From positions 120,808-184,807 of the forward strand of contig RHPI01001311.1 in NCBI GenBank assembly GCA_009103225.1: a stretch of DNA of 64,000 nucleotides, written 5' to 3'. The position numbers were made by a program, and so were the translations under genes. Numbering within the stretch: the stretch's first letter is position 1; each line of letters opens with the position of its first letter. Source of the stretch: Chlorokybus atmophyticus (taxonomy: Eukaryota > Plantae > Mesostigma and Chlorokybus algae). The notes beneath the pieces were generated by a model. That model did not search any database. It was not told the DNA's origin and worked only from the letters and a program-made list of their open reading frames with translations. This document shows, piece by piece, positions 39,233-50,779 of this stretch.

Positions 39233-41622
39233 GCTCTCATGTCTTCGCTTCTCTTCACTTCACTTCTCAGCTAAAATAACGAATTGCCTCTAAGTCCGCC
39301 TCGCTAAGTATCATCGATGAGCAGCATCAGCACCTATGCTTGGGTCCCTACAAGGCGACGAAGGCATTGACAAGACAATCTGAAACATCCATAAGCGCAC
39401 TTGGATGAGTAAAATATTGAGTAACGTAAAGTGAGTAATTGCAAGTAAACCACGACGCAATGCAACCACTTCTAACATTCGCTCAATTGTTGAAGAAATC
39501 AACAATACAGATAGAAATGACACATACATAGTCATGCGGCCGCCATAATCCACCGCCATTGTCCGCCCTCGTCCTTCGCCTCTCCCTCCTTGTCCTCCCC
39601 TTCCACCTCCTCCCCCTTTTCGTCCTCCTCCTCCTCCTCCGCCACCGCCACCGCCACCACCGCCGCCGCCGCCGTCAACGGCAACTTTATCCAGGGGCCA
39701 TGGATTGGTGCAGCACTAGAGACAACTTTTCAAAAATTTGTGGAGTGAGAGCGGCCTGCAGCCAGGCCGGAGCGGTTGTCAACCGGGCGGCGGCGGCGGA
39801 GGAGGAGGAGGAGTGTGTGTCTAGGCATGGCAGTACTGCCGGACGCCCCCAACCCTGGTACACGTAGGGTATGGGATGGGGTCACATAATAAGTAATCTC
39901 GTACACTTGTACACCGGTGAAGTACACGCTTGTTGGTGGTAGGACTCCTACCGTAGGAGTCTCTATCTACTGTGAGTAACGTGTGTGATACCCAAAACTC
40001 TGCTTCTTCTGCGTGCATTGCTCACTTAGCGTAGTGACCTGGTGACAACGGCCATGTCACTACAAAAGCTTCAATGCTGTCTCCTTACATCGCACAGAGC
40101 GTGTTAATGTCCAATGTAAAGCATCATTTATGTTCGTCTCTCTTGTTTCTGTACTATGGCAGGTGAAGACTCTGCTTAACCAGGTCTCTGTATAAACTTG
40201 CAACATGCTGTGATGATGATTGGTTGTGTACAAATAGAGCAAAGGGGATTGTGTGCATGCTAAGTCGCACACCCACCGTGCCCACATGCAACCAAACAGC
40301 AGCACACAGTCCACACTTACCAACAAGACAGCCACCGGGCTAGTCATCGACTAGTTCATTGTTTTACCGATCACCTACCTACCAATTCACCACCCCCGTC
40401 AGTCATGCATGCATGCTCAGAGCCAGTCACTTACCTGCCCACAGGGCCGCTTGCAAGTCGCGGTCGTCCACCACATTATTGGCCGCTTGCGTCCGCGGTG
40501 CAAGCAATGCCCAGCATAAGGTGAAAGAGAGAGTCCCCCCAGTAGTAGCACACCAGCAAGCGCACATTCACACTCACACCGTCATCACATCATCACAACA
40601 ACCACCAACAGTTCACAACACCAACCCTAGGCAGCGTGACTCGCTCCCTCTCCGCTCCCTTCCTCTGCCACTTCTCCTGCACTCTGTGCTCAGCCGGCGC
40701 AACCCTTGCGATGTTGCCGAGGGTGCATTCTGTGACTGTGGTTCTTACTGCTCTGCATCAGCCATAGTTTGGAAGGTCGCGTGGGTCAACACCCAGCACA
40801 GAGCTTAATTACCATTCATACTGAGAACACAGTCCTTGCGTACAAGAATGCACAAACAAAAACAGCGACAGTGTCACCAAAACTCAGCACTCAGCACAAC
40901 AACAATAACGACAACGTGCCTTATACAAGGTCTCTCTACTACTTCCAAGCTCTGGGGGGTACGAGCTATACAAAAGAAACAACAACAAGGCTGGGGGTTA
41001 GTTCCCATAAAACTTCAATACACCCAATATGACTCTGCTAGCCAAGGGGCCGGGGAGTGGCCGCCACGACCAGTAGTAGCCACACTTTTCTGCACACAAC
41101 AACTACTACTAAAGAGCTGGACGTGAGGGGAGGGGGAAGGTGTCCACCTTCTTGTTCTTCTCTCCTCCTCGACACACGCCTCAAAGCTCATCATAATGGT
41201 GGTGACAAAAAGCCCACTAAAGTTTGCAATAAACCCTTCGACCCCTCGGTGTAATAAACAACAACAGTTTCATTAATTCCCTCTAAATATTTCGACAACA
41301 GCAGCCAAACCTGCAGACAAACTCCTCTCTCATTCTCACTTATATAAAAGTCACTAAGCAGTGGAGCCACCGTATTTTTCTCTCTCTCTTTCTGGCTGGG
41401 GAGATGAAGCCGGCCCTCCAGTTGTTTCTGGTTAAACAGACAACATAAAGCCCACTAGGGCACTTGTGTGTGTGCGTGTGTATGTGTGTGTGTCGTGTCC
41501 AAGTGTGGTTCTGTAAGAAATCAGGTGGAAAAGAAACGCCAGCAACAGGCGTGTAGACCACGTCGGCTCGCCATCTCACGTGTGTTGCACGCGCGTGTAG
41601 GACAGATTGTCAACCCACCCAC

Positions 41623-44600
41623 TCACACCACCTCGTACACGGCGATCCACTGCAGCACGGGGATGTGGCAAAAGGGGCATTCCACGCCTGTTGTTGACAC
41701 GCGGTCGACGGGCGACTTGGGCTGGAGGCTGTCGGCGCACGTCTTGCACACGGCGCGGTGGCCGCAAGGCACAGCCACACGCTCTGCCACGCGCTCCCAA
41801 CACACGAGACACGAACGACGCCTCATTGCAGCCGATTGCTCACCAGTCAATGGCTGCTCCTGCTCACAAGAAATGAACACACCATCAATGCCTGAAGCTG
41901 CCACCACAAACAGAAACCATTTTCATGGAGTTACTGCATGCTAAGCCACAGCACAGAATGCACGACATACAACGTACACAACAGCAGAGTCGACACACGC
42001 ACACGTACGCGCACAAATGCATCATCACCACACCAAATCCATACCCGCACGGGTTGTGCTGGAGGGCGTGGCGGTGCCCACAGACTCATGGCATCAGCTG
42101 CGCTGAGCTGCGCAAGGGCCGAGTCTTCACTGATGCGCGAGGCCACGCCATGAACGCCGTTGCTCATTCCTCCAATGGTTCTGTTGAACACCGGGGAAGG
42201 CAGTTTCGAAAGCCTCTCGCCAACAATATGTCCACCATTGCCGAAAGTGGAAGGTTTATCATAAGGCTGCATTTGGGAAAGAAGGTCCGAAAGCCCGCCG
42301 TCGTCGCGCTCGTACATGTTGTGCGTGTGGCTGTTGCTAAGTTTGTTGTGTGCGCGGGCGTGTAACGAGTGCGGCTCGTGCATCTGAGCCCCGCTGAATG
42401 GACCGATCTTGTAGCGGCCGAACCTGCTATGGGCGACAGCCTCCTCCACATAACCAACATCATCCATGCTGTACCGCCCCGGCCTGTGAGGGTGATGTTG
42501 GGCGGCGTGGAGGTGAGCTCGCGCACCAAAGGTGGCGGAGAGGTCCACGTCGTACTCATCGACTGATCCACGCAGGGGCGGGCCAAATCCGCGCGGGGGC
42601 GGCATATGGGCGTTGCTGCTGCTGTTGTTGCCCATACCCAACATGTGCGGGCGGAAGGCGTACGGCGATGGCGGCTGGTGAGGAGATTGCTGATGCTGCG
42701 GAGGTGGCAGCTCAGAACGCGGCACTGCCAGCCTCACTTCAATCTGCGATATGATGAGTTAAGAGAATATTAAGCACGCTGTGCACACAAACACAACACC
42801 CATCAACACCACAGCAGCCATGCACATATGCGCACACAAAAGCATGAACACATACCCGCTTCCCGTCCAGCGGGAGAAACTGGCGCTTGAGGGCCTCCAT
42901 GGCGGAGTGGTCATGGACAAAGGTAATGAAGCCAAACCCACGCGACTGGCCGGTCTCATGGTTGCACATGACAGTGGCGGACTTCACTTCACCGTACTCT
43001 TGCTCAAAGAAGTTCTTGAAAGCCTCTGCACAAAGGGGACAAAACAGTGTGCATCACTTTGTGTGCGTGTCCGAGAGAAAGAGAGCAAACGCAATCGAAC
43101 GTGGGCCGGCCACACTTACCATCATCCACCCAGTGAGGGAGACCACCCACAAAGATTTTCGCACGCTCAGACCGCGTGCGCACAGACAAGTAATGCGGAT
43201 GCTCGCCGACAATCGCTCCAAGGTTCTGCATAGATATCAGACATCATCAACCAATGCCTGCACAAGTACAACGGTGCAGAAACCCACCAACCCCGCTGGA
43301 CGTGCCATGCAGACAGTGCCGCACACAAACATGCACGCACACGAGCGCATGCATGCAGACGGACCTGATGTTGTTGGGCACTGTTGCCGGCAGACAGAGG
43401 GCGATTGGTGACGCCTGACAGGCCGCTGGCCGTGAGAGGCTGGAAGGCGGAGGAGTCGAGAGACATGCTCGGGTGGTGGTTGTGGTGTCCATCCAACATC
43501 TGTGGGACCGGGAAGCCGGGAGGAGGAGCGCCCGATGCGCCAACGGGAGCTCCTGGCGCAGGGTACTTGGGGCCCGGAGCATTGCGAAGCTCCTCCAGAC
43601 CATGGGCAAACTACATGGTAGACATTGCGCCAGTCAGAACGTCAGTAAGCACTGAATTCAAGAAAGTGCACGCGCACGCACACACACCTGGCAAGAGTCG
43701 CCAAGAGCGCATCCGCCCACGCTGGCGTAGCGAGTGCAGAGCTTGGTTTTGTACTTTGGCAGGGTTCGCGCCACACCCATTTGCACATGCGGCTCGTGCC
43801 CAAGACCAACTGGCCAACACCAATACCAGAGTCAGTCAGTCAGTCACATCACATCAACCAGCATGTCATCAAACAGTCCCCTACCTTCGCAATTGTGTTC
43901 CGCGCCATTGGTGTCGCAGATGCCATTGTTGGCTAAAGGATGGCGCACGGAAGACGGCGGCGTGCGCAGCTCTTCCTCACCATGCGCAAAGCAGCACTTA
44001 GAGCCGAAGGGGCACCCGCCCGTCACAGCGTGGTAGCGGCACAGACGCGTGCGGTAGCTGCTGCTGTGGCGGTAACCCTTCGCACCGCCACCCGCCGCAA
44101 GAAAATCCGCAGCTCCAGGCTCTTGCTCCAGAAACAACTGCAACACAACAGCAGTGGTACTTAGCGCACAGCAGTAATTACACGCACAGGCATGCTTGCG
44201 CATGCACACCCACATGTACACACATGCATACGTGAGCGCGCACGCACAGCTCTGTGTATGCACACATACACATAGTTGGCTTGTAATTGTTGGACAAACC
44301 TTGAGTGCTTCATTACTGTTTGGTGAATGTCCCCCATGCGAGCCGTTGACAGCACCCGGGCCCCACTGCAGCCATGCCGGCTGTGACAAACACAAGACGC
44401 GTCAGGAAATCGATACAGTGATTACAAGAAAACGTCACGCTTACCATTTCAGCACCAGGTTTTTGCGGCCCGACATCAAAGGCAAAGTGGTCTCCAAGCT
44501 GCGTGTTGAAGCGAGAGTCACTTCACAAGTCCACATGACAAAAAGTTGTGTAATTGACAGAACTGGTCTCTCTCACCTGAGCTGATGTCGCAGAAAACGA

Positions 44601-45103
44601 CAAACCCTCCTCCGTGTTATGATCCAGGCCCACGTCTTTCATCGCTGCGACAATGAACACAAAGCAAGTGAGGACTCGCAATAGGGTGCCAAGCATGCTG
44701 CCATCCACTGAACTGTTCTACAACCGTGTAACAGTGGCATGTGCGTGATGGGTGTGTACATGTATGTGTACAACGTGTACCCACACATATATACACCGCT
44801 GCAGGTATGAGCAGGAGCTGCTGGCAGCACAAGCATGACCATAGACACGCAATACGTACACGCAAACAGAGCGAGAGCATTGTGTTTGCTGGAGCTCAAG
44901 CGTACTCAAAGAAAAGCCATGACAGGAAGCATGAGCGTGTATGAAACGATTGACAACATGGACAGTCAATGTACACCTGGCCGACGCTTGGGGCCTGGCA
45001 TGCACTGTTGGCATTGCACGCTGACTGCCAGTTGAGCTGGCCACACCTAAAAGCAAGCACAGCATGGCTCACCTGATGGCCTGTGACCAAGCGATGTGGC
45101 CAT
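41623..45103 (-). CDS. RNA-binding RING protein: two CCCH zinc fingers + RRM + C-terminal C3HC4 RING; about 11 exons
   Basis: CCCH1 YRTRLCRYHAVTGGCPFGSKCCFAHGEEELR. CCCH2 YKTKLCTRYASVGGCALGDSCQ|FAHGLEELR, split by an intron. RRM KIFVGGL...SRGFGFITF. RING CLVCWERVAERVAVPCGHRAVCKTCA..CPFC. The start (ATG 45103, MATSLGHRPS|AMKD) is inferred from splice sites. Confidence 0.85.
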
Positions 45104-45564
45104 TCAACGCCCCGAACCAGCCCAAAGCAGCCCGGCCCAGACCAGCACAACCTGGTCCAGCCCAGGGGCCAAGTCAGCTCGCAGGCGTCGGTGGCCACCA
45201 CCAGCAGCAGGAGTGCGCACACTCACGTCCGCCCCTTCCAGCGCTACCGCCGGCGGCGTCTCCACAAGCACGCCCGCTGCATGACCACCGCCACCGGTTG
45301 AAGCCACCCAAGCACTGGCTACCAGGGACAACCCAGCTCCCCCTCAGCCTGGTCCTCCTTCACCTCCTCGCTCACCACGCCCCGCAGCTTGCATTGCCAC
45401 CCGCCGCCAGCATCACACGACCCCCCATCATGGCCGACCACACGCTCCTCCTCCCCCACCTGCTTGTCCACCTCCTCCTCCACCAACAAGGCCGCCGCCG
45501 CCGCCGCCTCGCCGTCACTTCGCCTTTGCCGCGCGCTTTGCCACACTTCCAGGTTAACCCCACA

Positions 45565-45573
45565 AAACCCTAA
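45565..45573 (+). promoter_or_regulatory. Telo-box-like AAACCCTAA upstream of the CCCH-RRM-RING gene leader
   Basis: Exact 9-mer at the edge of the GC-rich 5' block. A short motif that could occur by chance. Confidence 0.3.
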
Positions 45574-47702
45574 CCGAGCACACACGTTACGCTCACATAA
45601 TTGTGCGTCGAAAGTCTCAACGTTTCGACTCGAACCGCTGCTGCTGTGACGTTATGAGTGGTTGTTCTTGGTTTGGTTTGGCCATGCATTGCGCCGACAA
45701 GGCTCAAGGTCGGTTAAGAGAGAGCTGCTGTTCAGTGCAGCTCAGTGCAGATATTGTTTTCTCTGTCCGTCGCGTTCCCCGCGGCTCGGTGCGAGTCCTT
45801 TATTGAAGCCCTATCCGTCATTGCCTTCTCATGACTGTTACAAGACCTTATCAAGAGGACCCAATGAGGCGCTGTGCAGTGCTTGAGGCTCAACAAAGCC
45901 TCTGTTCAACCCCATTGAGCCCAATTTAATGAGCTCGTTTTATCCAAAACCCCAACTGTAACTGCTGCCGACTTCATAAGAGAATTCACCACAAGACATC
46001 CTTTCATTACATGAGCAACCATCGGTCGCGACAAGGCTACAACGCTACGGGCTACATGGGGAGGGGCTGACGTGTGACTCGGCACAAAAAAGAAGGCAAT
46101 AACGCAGCCACACGCGACAACAACGCCTTCTGCAACGCTACAACTAGACCAGCTACGCTAACTCTGCCTTGCAAATTATGAAAGTATTGACGATGAAGTG
46201 CGTAAACATGCATGGATTTTCCCGCCCAAAAGTTCCTCAGTTTAACCGTCGTCCCCCGCGCCGCGCTCCGCCCGCGGCTCGCAGTGGTACGCATGCATTG
46301 ACAGGCGGGGGTATGGTACGGTAGGCTTTGACAGAGCCCTTCTGACAGGCCAAAAGTCTGATGTGACATTGTCGGTTGAGGTTGAAAAATGCGGTACCAT
46401 CGCTATAGAGAATGTGCATACGCATGCAGAATGGACACATGGTTCCCGAGCGGGTTTTCACTCATGCGTTCGTGCTATCGTGAACACGCATTGGATTAAC
46501 CTTCATACTTTATTGGATGCAAGTTGTTGTGCTTGTCTCAGCAAAATTGAGTGCGTGTGTCATAAAAATGCAGCTTGCTTAGGTATTAAGATGTTTGTGT
46601 ACGTGTATTTGCTTAGTCAAGGTGATTGAGTAACTTGTGAACAATTCGCGAGTCATCGTGATCATGTCAAAACATGCATGTTTAAAGGAACGCGCATGCA
46701 CATGCGCAAGCACTCAATTGACGATGTGGTGTTGACATTTAGCGTACAAGTAGAATTACATTATGTATAGCGGCTGTTTCAGATAAGACTAATGTAAAAA
46801 GTCCAAACAGCTTGTTGGTACAATCTTATATAGAGCACATAATAGCTGCGCTATGCACGCTCAAAGATGGTGTGCAAGTCGCAAATGTGATTATCTTCGT
46901 ATCAATGGCATGCTTGTTGCTGCGAACGCAATGGAAGCATTGATATTTGCAATGAAATGCAACACAAGACACTTGCAAAGACGCAAAATAAGTGGCACCC
47001 ATGCTGCCTAATACATAAATGATTGCGGAATTATTTACTATAAACGTATCCCGTATGTGACAATAGTACAAAAATTATTTCAACCCGCTATAGCTTTGGG
47101 AAAACACTTAACCCGCATTATATATATTGTTTACTACTACATATATAAAGCGGTGCAAAACAACAATGGCATAAGTGCAATCATTATTGGTATCTGCATT
47201 ATTGGTATTATGCGTATTTATGGCACGAATGTGGTCATAATTGAAGGCGCACAGCGTGATTTGGTGCCACGCAACTGGTTGCATTCCTCCGATCACTAAG
47301 CTGATATTATGCGGAGTGCCACCACTTTGGACAATAAGGGAATATGCAAGCATTGCTTGCTATCAGCAAGGTCATTCATACGACATGCAGCATCACATTG
47401 ACAGAATGTTAAAGGGATGGCAATTGTTTCACCAGTCAACCACAATTGCTCAAGGCTCAAGCTGCATTGATGTAGACTCTGAAGCGGCGGCACATTTGAG
47501 TTGCAAACCAAGCTTACAACTATTGCAATCAAGTACGCTTACAACTTACATCAGTTCAGCAAGCGCTTGTAGCATTAATAATAGCGGAGCTGCCTGGTGG
47601 TCATCAACACCCTATACAGCTCAAACCAACCTTGTAGTAACTCGCTACTAGTTACACAGTCAACAAGCCACATGGAGGTGATTGCTCTAGCGTATCAGCT
47701 TC

Positions 47703-48560
47703 TTATGCATCCTCTGACATTGGCATGACATCGCTGTTGGCTACTCGCGCCTGACGTGCCTGTATAAGCATTTGTTGCCAACGAGTGAATGAGGGAAATT
47801 TATTGTGCCATTCGGCTGCAGGGCAGTGCAGGGCTGCTGAGGCTGACAGGGGAACTGCGTGCTGCCGGCCAAATAACACACGGTTGACCACCTTGTCGCA
47901 GGTAAATGCCATTGGCCATGCCGACATTGGCCATGTGCTTTGCTCCGCCTCTGAAATTCAGAAGCTAGCCGCTTGCAACGTGTTTATGTTCGCTCACATG
48001 ACATTTGGAGGACCACTCCCGGGTGATACATAAAAAGCTGCATGGCAAGATGCCTGTTGCCCAGCCTGCAAGACTCAAATGCGTTTATCAACATCTGAAG
48101 CTTTCTGCATACAAAGGAATATCTGTGGCATATTAACTTGGGGCATCGCTTCACCATTGCCACCATCTGTGCATGATCAACAGCAAAAATGATTTGCCAG
48201 GCAGCAAAGGTTTCAGCCACCACCTCTAATCTATGGTTGAGCACTGGTCGAGCATTGCGCAGCAACATGTGAAGGTCCTTATCATCGATGCGTAAGGCGT
48301 CTTGGATTTTGAAAGGTTTTCGCAAGACTCTCTAGAGCGCGCTTTGAAAGTGTAATCTGTGCCAGTGCCGTCGAGCTTGCACCAGAAATTAACTTCCCCA
48401 ATTGCATAACCCGCAAGCTCATCCACAAGCACCCTACAATCACAGTCTGAGACAGCTAACACACTGTACCTCTCGTCGCTCCAGTTCTTTGTAATTGCGA
48501 AAAAGCAACCTAGTCTTGCCTTGCGCAACAAAACACGTCACTCATCGCTGAGGAAGAGAC
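47703..48560 (-). pseudogene. Intronless, disrupted mTERF-like repeat protein relic
   Basis: LLRNARPVLNHRLEVVAETF..QMVAMVKRCPKLICHRYSFVCRKLQML..MYHPGVVL, then WPMAFTCDKVVNRVLF in another frame. Periodicity resembles mTERF repeats. Multiple stops and frameshifts. Confidence 0.45.
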
Positions 48561-49121
48561 AGCCCCTCCCAAAACCGTTGCACGTCTTGCTGCTTAGCTT
48601 TTGACCATGGGGCAAATTGAGGCCCACCCGTGCGCCTGTATGACAGCTGGCAAACAGACAATGTTAGGTGGGGCAGCGCCGACAGCTTCAACTTGTAAAC
48701 AAGCAATAGCATGCGCTTAAGCAGCAGCTTAACACCTTGCTGCTTTTGTCAACAGCATCACTTAAAGTTGTTGTGTCAGATGCATACCGCATAGTAAAAG
48801 CGCACTGTAGTTGCCTGCAACCAACCTTTGTTGAATGTATTGGCTGCATTTAATTCAATGTGAAAAACCAAGCTGTACAAAGAGTTGAGGAAGCAGGGTG
48901 CAACGATGCTGGCATCTCTCATGACGAGAGTGAGGGACATCATTGCTGCTGCTTTGCAAAACACAACCAATTTAGAAGTGCAAAAGCTTGGAAGACTTTC
49001 AGCAAGATTGACAAGCAGCTACTACTTAGACAGGTGTCTGCGCTTTGCAACTAGCAGTATGCACGCTGCCTCCACGTTAACCTATAGTACGCACTCGTAT
49101 TTGCGATGTGATAGTGCAACA

Positions 49122-49591
49122 TGTTGAGGACATTTTTGTATCCGGTCAGCTTGCCCGGCGGATAAGAATTGCCGCGAGAAGATTCAGGCGCGAGAAGGTG
49201 CCAGTCGAGAAAGATCCAGGCGAGGACTTCAGTCGAGAAGGTTCCAGGCGCGGATTCGAGTCCGGAGTCTGGAGACTTTCAGGCGCTATAGAAGAAACAT
49301 TATAGCTCGGTGGTTACATCATTGTATGGCGCGTGTCATAGCTTGTTGGAAAGCTCTTCAAAGTAGCTACGTGGTGCAAATAAGAGCGCAGGAATCGGTT
49401 TAGTGTAGAAGTCGTGGTCACTTCTAAAGTAGACAGGTGCAGAACTGGCGGGTATAACAGCCCGCGGTGTGACTTTGTTGTAATCCTTAAAAAGCCTTTT
49501 TGGATCAGCCTTGTGTGTATGCTCTGGTAGATTGTGTGTGCTTGTGCTTGCACCAACTCCATGCATGATCGATAGTGTCCAAATCTCAACA
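49122..49591 (+). mobile_element. Solo LTR of a Copia family related to the element at 53943
   Basis: TGTTGAG...CTCAACA termini, 470 bp. Shares gcttgttggaaagctct, aactggc.ggtataa and tgtgtatgctctggt with the 424-bp LTRs. Flanks are CAACA / ACAAC, so no clean TSD. Confidence 0.75.
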
Positions 49592-50136
49592 ACAACTTGT
49601 ACCAACATGGCCAACGCTTTAGCAAGAGGGTGGCCTTGACGAGCGGCGGTTGCCACCTTCATAAGACATCATATAACAATGCAAGCAGCTGTGAACTAAC
49701 CAATGCGAGTCTCAGAAAGCCTTGTGAATCTACATGCATTCTTGATTTAAAAAAACTCACAGGTTTGGCAACAAGACATACGTACGCGTTACATTGCCTT
49801 TGGTGATCCTTGGGCATGACTAGCTGTGGTTGACAAATGCACAAGTGCAATCTGTGGCACATATGGCCAACCGCTATTGCAAACTCAGCAGCTAAACGAA
49901 GCAGTGGCACCTCAAGCGATGTTGCAACGCGCGTGCACACGGCGCCTGCAGCAGAATCCGTTCTTGGCACAAGCCAGTTGTGCCGTCAGCGGCACCTGCC
50001 TTCAAGTTCTGCGAGCAGTTCTTCTCCCAATACGGCACAAGTCGCTTTGTGCCGGCAGAGGATCGTAAGTCACCATCTGTCAGCCGGCACAAGCTGGTTA
50101 CTGCCGCTGACGGGGCAAACTGCGTTGGGCCGACCT

Positions 50137-50410
50137 CGGCACAGCAGTACTTCTAACGTCTTCGGCACAGCAGCGCTTCTGCCATCTTCGGCACAGCTGC
50201 GACCCCACCGTCTTCGGCACAGCAGCGCTTCTGCCGTCTTCGGCACAGCAACGATCCTGCCTTTTTCGGCACAATAGCACTTCTGCCGACGTCGGCACAG
50301 CAGCGCTTCTGCCGACTTCGGCACAGCAGCGCTTCAACCGTCTTCGGCACAGTAGCACTTCTGCCGACGTCGGCACAGCAGCTGCAGCAGTCGTGCCGTT
50401 GACGGCACAG
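50137..50410 (+). repeat. Tandem array of 26-bp units (consensus CGGCACAGCAGCGCTTCTGCCGTCTT)
   Basis: CGGCACA starts at 50137, 50163, 50189, 50215, 50241, 50267, 50293, 50319, 50345, 50371 (exact 26-bp period) and again at 50403. Confidence 0.95.
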
Positions 50411-50779
50411 CTCCTGGTGTGTCGACCTCGGTGGACCAGCAGTTATGCCGATAACGGCCCAGCCATTCATTCCAAAATTAGCAGCACAATATATCAGGCA
50501 TATGCAGGCAAATTGCAGGCAGTTTTCCTGGTAAAGAAATCTTAACCTCATATGGAGTTTACATTGTACCATGTACTCTTAACTAGTACTAGAATAGGCT
50601 CCAATTGTTTGCAAGAAGCTAACTGCTACCAGGAAGCTAACTGCTGGTAGCAAGCTAAACTGCTAGCAAGAAGTCAGACTTTTAGCAGGAAGCTAGACTA
50701 GCGGCTGCAAGGAAGCTGCATGGAAGCTAGACGGGTTGCTGCAAGAAAGATGAGCGAAGGTCTTCAGCTTGGTACCCAA

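Noticed and set aside
39560-39870. Gly/Arg-rich (RGG-like) minus-strand frame upstream of the helicase
   Set aside because: No ATG-initiated, splice-consistent link to the helicase ORF was found; probably a GC-rich 5' leader or promoter.
44644-44708. Signal peptide MLGTLLRVLTCFVFIVAA at the start of the CCCH-RRM-RING gene
   Set aside because: This stretch is better explained as the TG/pyrimidine tract of an intron acceptor (ttgtcgcAG at 44646-44645) that is phase-compatible with the upstream exon.
50137-50410. CRISPR-like regular repeat array
   Set aside because: Units are contiguous 26-mers without unique spacers, there are no cas genes, and the context is a eukaryotic TE.
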